Positions 27,589-38,226 of a stretch of 64,000 bases of DNA are shown here, one piece after another. Below the pieces are notes generated by a model that saw nothing but the letters and a program-made list of their open reading frames with translations, made no database searches and was not told the origin of the DNA. The DNA is from an uncultured Clostridium sp. (GTDB lineage: Bacteria > Bacillota > Clostridia > TANB77 > CAG-508): the NCBI GenBank assembly GCA_900554175.1, contig USGK01000004.1, positions 1,957 through 65,956 on the forward strand, in the 5' to 3' direction. How positions within the stretch are numbered: the stretch's first letter is position 1; each line of letters starts with the position of its first letter. Both the position numbers and the translations under genes were made by a program.

Positions 27589-28573
27589 ATGTTATATGAT
27601 GAAAAATTCGAAAAAATATATGGAAAAATTACAAATGAAAATATATTTTCTATAGAAAATATAAGAAAAAATGCAAAAGAGGTTAGAGATTCACATAACA
27701 GAATCCTAATTATTTTTGGAATAATTTTATTACTATTTGACTTTATATTATTCATTAAATATAAAGATTTTTTTCAGCTAATACTACTTATAATATTATC
27801 TGTAAATATTCTTATACCTACATATATTATCCAAAGTCAAAAAGATAAAAAAAATCCTAAAATATCTAATTATAATGCTCAATATAAAAATAAAATAATA
27901 CAACCACTTATACATTTTTTTGATGAAAATTTGAATTATCTCCCTGCAAGTCGGTATCAATCCACATGAATATTCATTTGCTAAATTTGAAAAATATTCT
28001 TTATATAACTCCGACAATTTAATTCAAGGACGATTAGAAAATAAATTTCCGTTTTCCATGGCAGAAATTTTGACACAACACGTATCTACTGATTCAGAAG
28101 GTCATACAAATTATTCTACTGTTTTCAAAGGATTATTCGTTAAAGTTGAACTTCCTAAATCAATTAATTCTAATCTTTTTTTGAGGAATGATGAATATGA
28201 TAAAAATCTTTTTCTTAAATCTTTTATAAATAATTTAGAAAAGGATTTTTTACGCATTCAAATGGATTCACCTGAATTTGAAAAAATATTTGATGTATAT
28301 TCATCAAACAATATAATTACAACTCAAATATTGACATCTGATATAATGCAATTATTATATCAATTTTATATTGACATGAATATAAAATATGAATTAACTA
28401 TAACTAATAATATTATGTACATTAGATTTCATTGTGGTAAAATATTTGAAGCATTGCCTGTAGAAAAATTTTCTTTAGACAAAGAAGTTATCTATAAATA
28501 CTATAAAATTTTAAATTTTGTTTTTGATTTAACATATGCTATTATAAAAACCATTCAAGAAACACCTATCTAA
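27589..28573 (+). CDS. DUF3137-like membrane protein, needs a +1 shift at in-frame CGG 27952-27954
   Basis: The two track ORFs (27586..27969 and 28058..28573) join if C27952 is skipped: ...LNYLPAS-GINPHEYSFAKFEKYSLYNSDNLIQGRLENKFPFSMAEILTQH... Family name is from memory. Confidence 0.6.
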
Positions 28574-28711
28574 TAGGTATATTATAAATATACACTGTTT
28601 TGTATTATTATTGTCTTATTTATATCTAAGACAAGAGGTTGTCCAACAATATAACAACCTCTCTTTTTCTTTCTTTAATTATTAAAATTTATAATATCTA
28701 TTCATATAAAT

Positions 28712-29512
28712 TTAAAATGTTAATTCCTTAAATTCTGTAGTCTTTGGGTATCCATACATTTCATATATTTCATCCACAATACAAGAAACTACACATTTAT
28801 CTTTCATGCTATAACCTAATAAATTTAATATTTGTTCAATATCCTTATCATTTTCTCCCTCAAGTTCGAAAAAAGTTGGAATTTTTGGCCAAGTATCAAT
28901 TTCTATTAAGTGATTTTTTAAAGAATATGTTGTCCTTTTCTTTTCTAAATAACATTTATGAGATAATCCTATAGCTTCTAAAAATTCATTCGCTTTTTCT
29001 TTTGATGGTACTTCTATTTCTATTTCTTTCATTTGTTGCAAATTTGTGCCTTCTTTGTCTGCTAATATATGTTTTACTGTAAGAGTAGTAATTAAATTTG
29101 ACGTTCTAATTCTTATCCACTTATTTGGGTTAATTCTAAATTGACTTATAAACTTCTTGAATTTTTCATCATTTAATATTTCTAAAAAGTTCTCTTTTTT
29201 TGTAATCTCTTCTAAGTTTCCTTTTATAGTAAATTCTTTTAATTCTTGCTTTTGTCTTGAATTTAACAAATTATCAATTTCAAAGAATAATAATTTCAAT
29301 CTTTCTATTGCAACTTCAAATTTGACATTATTTTCAGGTTCATTTAATTGTAATAATATGTCTAAATATCTTCCATAAATCGTTGGTAAATCAAATGTAT
29401 AATAATATTGTTCTTCATCACTTACTAGGATTCCTCCTAATAATTTTATTTTTTCAATTAATTTTTCCTTATTTATTTCAAGTACTTTTACTTCTAATTC
29501 CATATTACTCAT
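28712..29512 (-). CDS. CYTH-domain protein (CyaB/ThTPase-like) with an internal insertion
   Basis: N-terminal ELEVKVLEI strand motif and a C-terminal EIDTW...FFELEGE pattern. Confidence 0.65.
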   Translation of the reverse strand: MSNMELEVKVLEINKEKLIEKIKLLGGILVSDEEQYYYTFDLPTIYGRYLDILLQLNEPENNVKFEVAIERLKLLFFEIDNLLNSRQKQELKEFTIKGNLEEITKKENFLEILNDEKFKKFISQFRINPNKWIRIRTSNLITTLTVKHILADKEGTNLQQMKEIEIEVPSKEKANEFLEAIGLSHKCYLEKKRTTYSLKNHLIEIDTWPKIPTFFELEGENDKDIEQILNLLGYSMKDKCVVSCIVDEIYEMYGYPKTTEFKELTF

Positions 29513-29538
29513 TTATAATCTCATTCCTTTCATTTACC

Positions 29539-29579
29539 ATGAATATGTTTGAAAAAAATCATCTTTCAAACATATTCAT
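29539..29579. terminator. perfect 16-bp inverted repeat (terminator or operator)
   Basis: atgaatatgtttgaaa (29539-54) / tttcaaacatattcat (29564-79) with a 9-nt loop. No clear U-tract. It lies between the 29690 gene end and the CYTH gene start. Confidence 0.4.
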
Positions 29580-29689
29580 CGAAATTTGATATTTACACAC
29601 CTCAAATTATACTATAAAAAAATTTTTTTGTATAGATTTTAAAAGAATGCATATAAATTTTTTCTAACCCTATTTTTGTTATGACTTTA

Positions 29690-30337
29690 TTAAATATTAT
29701 ATTTAATTTTAAATGTTGGTATTCCTGTTGAATATGGAGCAATATCATATTGTTGGAAAAATACTTCAAAATAATTTGGAAACATATAAAAATTTTTCAA
29801 ATTAAAATTTTCTAATACTAATTGACAATAATCTTTGAAGTATATATTTTCTCCTTCCTTTTCAATTTGTTCTTTTATTTGCTTATTTATTTCCTTTAAA
29901 ATATTAATTATATAATATTGATTATTTGAAAATAGACGACTTAAATCAAATTGCATACCAACTGCCAAATCCCAATTTTGTGAGGTCCTTATCGTGGTTC
30001 CATGAGCTCCTCCTTCAAAAATGTATTTATCGGTATATAAACTCACTATATTATTATAATTTTCTGTTATATTACATGATACATATACTTCGAATACCAT
30101 TATTGGATAGCCATTTTCTTTATTATATTTATATATATCTTTTGCCGAACTATAGAGTTCTGTAAATATATATTGTTTTAAGTCATTTACAATTTTTAAA
30201 TTGTATGTATTAAAATTTCTTTGACCTAAAATATATTGTGAATTTATTATTTGAGGATATTCTATCGTATACTTTAAAATGACAGTATTATCATATATCA
30301 AATTATGTGTTATTTTTTTTATTTCTATATAATTCAT
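29690..30337 (-). CDS. DUF3298/DUF4163-like protein
   Basis: The characteristic GGAHG is present (YIFEGGAHGTT). 215 aa. Family name is from memory. Confidence 0.65.
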   Translation of the reverse strand: MNYIEIKKITHNLIYDNTVILKYTIEYPQIINSQYILGQRNFNTYNLKIVNDLKQYIFTELYSSAKDIYKYNKENGYPIMVFEVYVSCNITENYNNIVSLYTDKYIFEGGAHGTTIRTSQNWDLAVGMQFDLSRLFSNNQYYIINILKEINKQIKEQIEKEGENIYFKDYCQLVLENFNLKNFYMFPNYFEVFFQQYDIAPYSTGIPTFKIKYNI

Positions 30338-30471
30338 GCATTTAACTCCTTTTTGTTTTTATACATACTATTTATATTTTATAAAAATTGTTACTTATAT
30401 GATTTTTGAAAAGCTTATTTAACTAAAAAAGTAATTTAGGCTTTTCCTAAATTACTTTTTTACTTTCTATT

Positions 30472-32326
30472 TTAACGGCCTCCACCGCCGCCTCCTCCGG
30501 CCTCCAAATCCGCCACCAGATGAAAATCCTCCACCAGCTCCGCTTCCTGAAGAATAATTGGTTACACTTCCCATTGAAGTAGACATATTTGAAACAAATG
30601 ATGAACCAAAGTCATTATTACATGCAATATACATTAAAGTATAATTGTTCATTAAATAGTCATCATCCATCATTTGAGGATATTTAGTTTTTAACTGTTT
30701 AATAACTTTATTTGCTATACCAAAAGCTGTTGCATAAACTAAATAATGCTCCCACAATGCAAGTTCAGGTATTTCCCTTTCATTTAATTTTGAAAAATCT
30801 TGCATAAAGTTCTTAAATCCATTCCACTTTGTTTTCATATCAATTCCTTGTTGTGTTTTATCTCCAGTATTTACCATAACCTTTATACAATATACAAGAT
30901 TAATTAAACATACAAAGAATAATATTGTACTAGCTAATAAACATCCAAAGAATATAAACAATATTGCAAAAGATCCTAACATAAGAACAATATCTAAAAC
31001 TAAAAATAATATTTCTTTTTCAAAAACCTTCGATCTTTCTTCATCAAAAAATCCCTTTTCTTCTAGTGCTGTTTTTACCTTCTCATCCATTTTATTTTTC
31101 ATATTATAAAACTTTTCTGGTTGTCTTGTACCTTTTTTTTCAAAATCTTTCATAGAAAAATGATCTTTATTTATACTACATAGGTAATTATAAAACTCCT
31201 TTTCATCTTCTGTAAGTTTATCTCCGTCATTTTTTATATGAATAATCATATCTTCTTTCTTTTTAGATTTTATCTCAAATTCAATCCATTTTTTTAAGCA
31301 TAAATCCATCATTATTCCTGCTAAAGAATGTGATTCTATACATACATTTAACATTCTCGTTGCTTCAGCAGGAGAACTAAAATTATCTGGTAATTCCCTA
31401 TAATACTTCCAATCTGTTGATGGTTTCAATTTTGGAAATTTCTTTAAAAGATCCTTTTTTTTCTTTATTCCTATAATTAGAAATATTATAATAATACCTG
31501 ATATAACGTTTCCTACCCAATACAAAGCTTTCTGAATCAAAGCTTGTTGTTCTCTTTTTTTGTTTGCATCATCCGCATATTTCTGTTCTGTTGCTAAAAT
31601 ACTATCTAATTTATCTTCAGAATATATTTTTGTCGAATTTGGAAAAATAGTTTTTGGAGTTACAATTCTTACTTCTAAAAAAGTTTTACTTGGTAAATCT
31701 TTCACAGAGAATTCTACTGTATTATTGTTTACTTTATTAATAGTTCCATTTAAAGGACCATGTGCCCAAATTCTTAAATCTTCAACATTTGTTATTCCTG
31801 TTGGTATTGTAACTGTTCCTGATACATTTTTAGAATAAACTTCAAAATCGCTTCCAACCAATTGCCAATAGAAATCTGCACAATCATTGTAGACTTTTAC
31901 TGCATTTTTTACAGTATATTTTATCTCGTATGTATTTGTTTGTATTCCTGTTACATTAACACCCCAAGCAATTTCAAACTTTCCATCCGGATTTTCTAAT
32001 GCCTGAAAATTTCCTTGATTTACATGATATTTATACTCATTGCTTTGTATAAACTCTTTACTTGACTCATCATCAAAAATTTCTTTTACAGAGACATTTT
32101 CTATATAATCATAGCTTCCATTCTTATTGAATGTTTTAAATAAAGTATTAGTATCTTCTATCTCAATATCCCATTTTTCTGTTATATCAATATCACCATT
32201 ATTTTTTACATTTACTTTAAAATTTAAATCATTTAACTCTAAAGATGCATTTGATTTTGTTGAAAATGATAATAACATTATTATAAAAACCAATATTATT
32301 TTTATATATAGTTTCTTTCTTTCCAT
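30472..32326 (-). CDS. DUF2207-like membrane protein with Gly-rich C-terminal tail, +1 shift at in-frame CGG (rc of 30497-30499)
   Basis: Signal/TM N-terminus, extracellular domain, TM cluster, then SGSGAGGGFSSGGGFGG. The zero frame gives RRRRRWRPLK*. Skipping the C gives GGGGGGGR* with the stop at 30472-74. Confidence 0.7.
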
Positions 32327-32602
32327 AATACCCTCCTTATTTATATTTTGAAATTTATTAGCTTAATATTTTTAAGTCTTTTATATAAAAATCGCTTGTT
32401 TTTCTATAAATCATTTATATCATATAAAATTGTTTTATTCAATAACTTATATAATTTTTCTTTACAAATAAACTGTTATTATATAATTCTCTTTCAATAA
32501 TCTATTCTTAAAATTGTGTCATTATCAAATTTATATATTATTATTGTTTCTAAGTCTTATCTATGTTATAATATTTACATAATAAAAATTAAGGAGAACT
32601 AG

Positions 32603-35038
32603 ATGAAAAAAACGGAATTACTATCGCCAGTTGGCGATTTTGAATGTTTAAAAGCTGCTGTACAAAATGGTGCAGATAGTGTATATTTAGGAGCTAACTT
32701 GTTTAATGCAAGACAAAGAGCTTCTAATTTTGATATAGAAAATTTAAGAAAGGCTATAATATACTCAAAATTAAGAGATGTTAATGTACATCTTACATTA
32801 AATACTCTGATAAAAGATTCTGAATTTGATGACGCTGTAAAACTTGCATTAGAAGCATATAACCTAGGTGTTGATGCAATAATAATTCAAGATTTAGGCT
32901 TAAGTTCTTACCTACTAGCAAATTATCCAGAAATCCCACTACATGCAAGTACACAACTTACAGTTCATAATTTAGATGGTGTAAAACAAATGGAAGAACT
33001 TGGATTTAAAAGAGTTGTTCTTTCCCGCGAACTTTCTATAGATGAAATTACACATATTTGTCAAAACTCTAATATTGAAATCGAAACTTTTATTCATGGA
33101 GCTTTATGTATTTCATATTCTGGACAATGCTTATTTTCAAGTATGGTTGGAAATCGTTCAGGAAACAGAGGACTTTGTGCTCAACCTTGTAGACTTCCAT
33201 ACGAATTATATAATTCTTCAAATGAACTTCTTGATAAAGGTTATTTATTAAGTCCACGTGATTTAAATGGTACAACATTTTTGCCTAATTTAATAAAAGC
33301 GGGCGTTGACTGTTTTAAAATAGAGGGTCGAATGAAATCTCCAGAATATGTTTCTGAAGTCACAAAGTATTATAGAAAATACATCGATTTAGTAACTGAA
33401 AATATTAAATTACCTAATGAAGAAATTCTTAAAATTATTGAAACAGAAATTAACAAACAAAACTCCAAAACTTTTATGACAGATAAAGAAGAACTTACTC
33501 AGGTATTTAATAGAGGAGGTTTTAGTTTAGGTCACCTTTCAAATGAAAGAAATGAACATTTAATAAGTTCACAAAAATCCAATAATATGGGAATTTCAGC
33601 AGGAAAAATAAAAAAAATAAATCAAAATAAAGGACACTTATTCTTTGAAACTAAAACACTTTTAAACATTGGAGATAAAATTTCTATTAATAATAATCTT
33701 TATACAATCTCAGAACTTATGATAAATGGAAAAAACCAAAAAAATGTACCTAAAAATTCTTTTGTTGAAATTGGAAGGATGAAAGGCCAAATCAAAATAA
33801 ATGATTCTATTTATAAAATGAGTGACAACAACTTATCTAATGAATTAAGACTTACTTTTGAAAATAACAAGGAATATAAAAAAATTCCTTTAACTGCAAT
33901 CGTAACAGTTAAATCAAATCAACCTATAACATTAGAAGTATTTGGAACTCCTGGAACAATTTATAAAAATTATTCTTATAAAGCAGTGTCGAATATTTTT
34001 CCAGAAAAGGCACTACATTCACCTGTAACTGAAGAAAGAATATTAACACAAATCTCTAAAACCGGATCTACTCAATTTAAATTTTTGGATATACAAGTTA
34101 ATTTGGATGATAATTTATTTATTCCTAAAATCAGTGCATTAAATGACTTAAGGAGAGCTGCTTTAGACGGAATCGAAAACTTAGCTATAAAAAGTTTTAC
34201 GAGATGTTTAACTAGAAAAGCTCCTAATAAAAAAGAAATAAAAATTAATGAAAGTAGTTCATTAAAAAAATCCACTAATATTTCTTTACTATTAAACGCT
34301 ATTGATTTAAGCTTTGATTATACATCACTAAAAAATATACATAGATTGTACATTCCTTTAAGATTTTTTTTAGATAAAAGATATAATAAAATTCTAATAA
34401 ATATATGCGAATCACAAAATGTATATCTTTATATGCCAAATGTAATAAGAGATACATTAAATTTAGATTTAAATTCTATTCTAAATAAATTTAAATTTAA
34501 AGGTGTTGTTATATCACATATATCACAAATAAAACATTTTCCAAATTTAGATTTAATTGGAAATTATACCCTAAATACATTTAATACACATTCAGCTCAA
34601 AAATTAGAAAATTTAAAAATTAGCACTTATACAATATCACCTGAACTAAATAAAGATGAAATTATTTGTATGCAAGATTTAACCTCTTTACAATCCGAAT
34701 TAATTGTATACGGAAAAATACCTTTAATGACTAATAATTATTGCTACTTAAGTAAAAACAATAAATGCTTTAAAGGTTGCCAAATGCATTGTTTAAAAGA
34801 TAAGTATTACATGAAAGATAGGCTTGGATTTAAGTTTCCACTTTTACCTGACTATACAAACAGCACCACTACTATTTTTAATAGTAAAATCACTTCAATA
34901 AAATATTTAAGTCTAAATATAGAAAATTTAAGAATTGATATTTTGGATGAAGACCCTACTGAAATTCAAAACATAATAAATAAAATTAAAAAAGGTGAAA
35001 GATTTGAAGGTAAAGAATATACAAATGGAAATATATAA
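32603..35038 (+). CDS. peptidase U32 family protein (long form)
   Basis: The N-terminus ELLSPVGDFECLKAAVQNGADSVYLG and E..HGALC..YSGQC are typical of U32. Confidence 0.85.
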   Translation: MKKTELLSPVGDFECLKAAVQNGADSVYLGANLFNARQRASNFDIENLRKAIIYSKLRDVNVHLTLNTLIKDSEFDDAVKLALEAYNLGVDAIIIQDLGLSSYLLANYPEIPLHASTQLTVHNLDGVKQMEELGFKRVVLSRELSIDEITHICQNSNIEIETFIHGALCISYSGQCLFSSMVGNRSGNRGLCAQPCRLPYELYNSSNELLDKGYLLSPRDLNGTTFLPNLIKAGVDCFKIEGRMKSPEYVSEVTKYYRKYIDLVTENIKLPNEEILKIIETEINKQNSKTFMTDKEELTQVFNRGGFSLGHLSNERNEHLISSQKSNNMGISAGKIKKINQNKGHLFFETKTLLNIGDKISINNNLYTISELMINGKNQKNVPKNSFVEIGRMKGQIKINDSIYKMSDNNLSNELRLTFENNKEYKKIPLTAIVTVKSNQPITLEVFGTPGTIYKNYSYKAVSNIFPEKALHSPVTEERILTQISKTGSTQFKFLDIQVNLDDNLFIPKISALNDLRRAALDGIENLAIKSFTRCLTRKAPNKKEIKINESSSLKKSTNISLLLNAIDLSFDYTSLKNIHRLYIPLRFFLDKRYNKILINICESQNVYLYMPNVIRDTLNLDLNSILNKFKFKGVVISHISQIKHFPNLDLIGNYTLNTFNTHSAQKLENLKISTYTISPELNKDEIICMQDLTSLQSELIVYGKIPLMTNNYCYLSKNNKCFKGCQMHCLKDKYYMKDRLGFKFPLLPDYTNSTTTIFNSKITSIKYLSLNIENLRIDILDEDPTEIQNIINKIKKGERFEGKEYTNGNI

Positions 35039-35323
35039 TATAAAAAAGGAAAGTATTTTTGAGTTCTTTCCTTTTTTATTGTTTCATTCTAATTTGTGTT
35101 TAAAATCTATTTTTTATTTTCTTTTTTCTCTTCTTCTTTAAGATCTTTATCTTCTATTTTTTTCTTCTTATTTAAAATTCCATTTATAGAATTCATAATA
35201 TCGTCCATATTTTCATCAAAATCATCTTTTTTATATGTAAGCATTTTAATTACCTTAGTATAATAAAATAAACATATTATACTTTCCTTTCTCCATTATT
35301 TTTTAATAGGTTTAATGGTACCT

Positions 35324-36100
35324 TTACATATTAAATATCCTCTCAGCATTTTCATACGTTATCTTAGCAATTTCTTTTGGAGAACATTTTTTAAATTCTG
35401 CGATTTTTTCTACAATATATTTTAAATTGCTTGAATCATTCCTTGTTCCTCTAACAGGTTCAGGAGCTAAATATGGAGAATCTGTTTCAATTAAAATTTT
35501 ATCCAAAGGAACCATATTTACAATTTCTTTAGCATTTTTAGAATTTTTAAAAGTACAAGTTCCTCCAAAAGCAATAAAAAATCCATTTTCCAAACCAGTC
35601 TTTACTAAAAACTCGTTGAAGGGACAACAGTGTAAAATTCCTCCTCTTTTTATTTTGTTTTCCTTTAGAATTTTTATAGTGTCATCTATAGCATCTCTTG
35701 TATGTATTGAAATCGGTAGATTTAGCTTATTTGCTAATTCAATCTGCATTAAAAAAGCCTTTTTTTGCATTTCTTTTGTATCTTTATTCCAATAATAGTC
35801 CAATCCAATTTCTCCAATAGCTACAACTTTATCTGAACTTTTTATTAAATTCTCTAATTCTATTAAATCTTTTATAAGCTCCGAATCTTTCAAACTAATT
35901 TCACTAGGATGAATTCCACACATTGCATAAAAAAAATCATATTTTTTAGAAAATTCTATTGAATTTTTAGAAGATTTTAAGTCACACCCAACATTTACAC
36001 ATTTAGAAACTCCCTCTTCTTTAATCTTTTTTATTACAATTTCTCTATCATCTATAAACTTTTCATCATCATAATGTGCATGAGTTTCAAAAAATTCCAT
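35324..36100 (-). CDS. tatD: TatD-family metal-dependent hydrolase
   Basis: FETHAHY at the N-terminus, plus IGEIGLDY, SIHTRDA, LHC and ETDSPYL. Confidence 0.9.
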   Translation of the reverse strand: MEFFETHAHYDDEKFIDDREIVIKKIKEEGVSKCVNVGCDLKSSKNSIEFSKKYDFFYAMCGIHPSEISLKDSELIKDLIELENLIKSSDKVVAIGEIGLDYYWNKDTKEMQKKAFLMQIELANKLNLPISIHTRDAIDDTIKILKENKIKRGGILHCCPFNEFLVKTGLENGFFIAFGGTCTFKNSKNAKEIVNMVPLDKILIETDSPYLAPEPVRGTRNDSSNLKYIVEKIAEFKKCSPKEIAKITYENAERIFNM

Positions 36101-36172
36101 TTAAATCTAAATCCTTTCTCTTATTATTAAACTCCCATATTTTTAGTTAGAATTTCTTTTGGATATTGCTAA

Positions 36173-36547
36173 TCATTTAAATACAATTACTACATTTGCT
36201 GTAGCATACTGTCTACAATGTGATATACTAACATCTATCCCTTCAATTTTATTATTATTTAAACTAAATATTGTAACAAAAGGTCTTCCATTTTCATCAT
36301 TTAAGCATTCTATATCTTTCCAAACAATTTGATATTTATCTTCTAATACGCCAGAAACGGCCTTAAAAGCCGCTTCTTTAACTGCAAATCTTCCTGCATA
36401 ATGTTCAAATTTTGATTTTCCCCTTAACTCACAATATTTTATTTCTTCTTCTGTAAAAACTCTGTTTAAAAACTTATCTCCAAGCTTTTCTATTGATTCT
36501 TTCACTCTTGAAATTTCGATTATATCTGTACCACATGTAACTTTCAT
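36173..36547 (-). CDS. acpS: holo-[acyl-carrier-protein] synthase
   Basis: GTDIIEISR...FTEEE...AGRFAVKEAAFKA...ISH. Start placed at MKVTCGTD. Confidence 0.85.
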   Translation of the reverse strand: MKVTCGTDIIEISRVKESIEKLGDKFLNRVFTEEEIKYCELRGKSKFEHYAGRFAVKEAAFKAVSGVLEDKYQIVWKDIECLNDENGRPFVTIFSLNNNKIEGIDVSISHCRQYATANVVIVFK

Positions 36548-36590
36548 TTTCAATTCCTTTCTCAAGGTTCAAATTTTATTTAAACTTTTT

Positions 36591-38105
36591 CTATTTTTCA
36601 CAGTAATAATTCATATTCAAATCTGTTCCTAGGTGAAACTTTCCAATAAAATTAATTACTAGATTATTATCTAAATTATAAGTTGGTTCTATCACAATAT
36701 TTCCTTTACTATCTACTGCACCCCAAAGTCCATCTTTTTTTACAGCCGCATATCCATATTCATTTTGCTCTGTTGCATCATCATAAATGTAATCTACTAC
36801 CTTCTCATTTGATGAATTTACAAATCCATATTTTCCATCTTGCTTACTTAAGAATATATTATTTGTTTTAAATATATCTGCTATATTTTTTTCTTCAAAT
36901 TTGAAGTTATAATATTTATATTCACCATCTATTTTCAATTTCATATATCCTTTATCTGTATTTAATTCTGATAATATCCCTTTTAATTTTATATTGAAAT
37001 TTGAATCAATTATTGAAGAATTATAATTTTCGTCTTCTGCAATGTATATACTTGCTTTCTCATTATATGATATAGATTTATATTCAAAACTTATCTTTGA
37101 TTCTTCCTCTTCAGTTATTATTCCTTCTAATCCATCTTTTTTCGCCATAAATACATTTTTACTAAGCTCTTTTAATTCTTCATAAATAGGTTCAATTTTT
37201 ATATTTTTATCGAATTCCATTAGACCATATTTATTATCTTTTTGGAAAACAATACCTGTCGACGCAATTTGAACGATTTTATCAAATCCATCAGTTATTA
37301 ATTCTTCTCCATTTGAATTTATTAATTTTTGTTTTCCATTTTCTTCTATTACATAGTAATTTTCACTATAAATACTATCAATTTTAGTATAATTACTTGC
37401 TAAAAGTTCTTTTCCTGAAAAGCTTGTAACTCCTGATTTTCCGTCCTGATTTATTGTAATATATCCCTCTTTATAATCTTCTCCTAAAGGTGTTATCGAT
37501 GTATAATTTACGTCCAAAATTTTAACCCCAGTATCATTTACTAAACCATATACTCCTGACTTTTCAACTAATAAACTGTTCTCTATTCCTTTTATTGTTT
37601 CAATATCTTCATATTGTGGTGTTAAAATTTCATTTCCTTCAAGATTTATAAGTCCCCATAAACCATCTTTTTGAACTTTTAATACATTTTTCTCATACCA
37701 TACATTTTTATTTTTATCATAATTTTCTAAAACCTGAATTTTATCATATTTAGTGAAAATTTGCTCATTTTTAGAATTCACTACTTTTGTCTTATACTCT
37801 CCACTTTCTTCATTAACATCATACACGCATAAAAATACATCTTTTGAGCTATTTGGGACTATTATCATTTCTTGATACATTGGTTCTATAACTGTTTTTC
37901 CATCTGACCCCAGCACTCCCCACTTATCATTTTGATAAAGTGCAAAATATTTAATTGCCCCAACTGTTTTTGTATTTTTTGCTTTGCTTACTAATTTTTT
38001 TATAAGAAAAACTGACATTATAATTACAACTATTGCAATCAACACCGCAAAAACTTTTGCATAATTTAAATGCTGTTCTCCATTATATCTTCTTCCCTTA
38101 CTCAT
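36591..38105 (-). CDS. WG-repeat membrane-anchored protein
   Basis: N-terminal TM helix. Repeated (K/L)(W/Y)G(L/V/F)x...G..(I/V).P.Y units, e.g. KWGVLGSDGKTVIEPMY and LWGAVDSKGNIVIEPTY. Confidence 0.8.
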   Translation of the reverse strand: MSKGRRYNGEQHLNYAKVFAVLIAIVVIIMSVFLIKKLVSKAKNTKTVGAIKYFALYQNDKWGVLGSDGKTVIEPMYQEMIIVPNSSKDVFLCVYDVNEESGEYKTKVVNSKNEQIFTKYDKIQVLENYDKNKNVWYEKNVLKVQKDGLWGLINLEGNEILTPQYEDIETIKGIENSLLVEKSGVYGLVNDTGVKILDVNYTSITPLGEDYKEGYITINQDGKSGVTSFSGKELLASNYTKIDSIYSENYYVIEENGKQKLINSNGEELITDGFDKIVQIASTGIVFQKDNKYGLMEFDKNIKIEPIYEELKELSKNVFMAKKDGLEGIITEEEESKISFEYKSISYNEKASIYIAEDENYNSSIIDSNFNIKLKGILSELNTDKGYMKLKIDGEYKYYNFKFEEKNIADIFKTNNIFLSKQDGKYGFVNSSNEKVVDYIYDDATEQNEYGYAAVKKDGLWGAVDSKGNIVIEPTYNLDNNLVINFIGKFHLGTDLNMNYYCEK

Positions 38106-38226
38106 ATTGCCTCCTTATATTTTAATAGTTACATTCTACTATAAAATTTTAAAAATATCAATAATTTTGTATAATATTTCTTTATTTTGAAAATACTAGA
38201 CTTAAAAATATTTAAGGAGTTTATAT

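Noticed and set aside
30467-30499. A genuine arginine-rich C-terminal tail (RRRRRWRPLK) on the DUF2207-like protein.
   Set aside because: It is built from the rarest codons of this genome. The +1 frame gives the family-typical poly-Gly end, so the tail is treated as the out-of-frame reading.
35107-35244. 45-aa minus-strand ORF (MLTYKKDDFDENMDDIMNSINGILNKKKKIEDKDLKEEEKKENKK) downstream of tatD.
   Set aside because: It is open and plausible in position, but has no convincing RBS, is highly low-complexity and has no motif. This is insufficient support to call it a gene.
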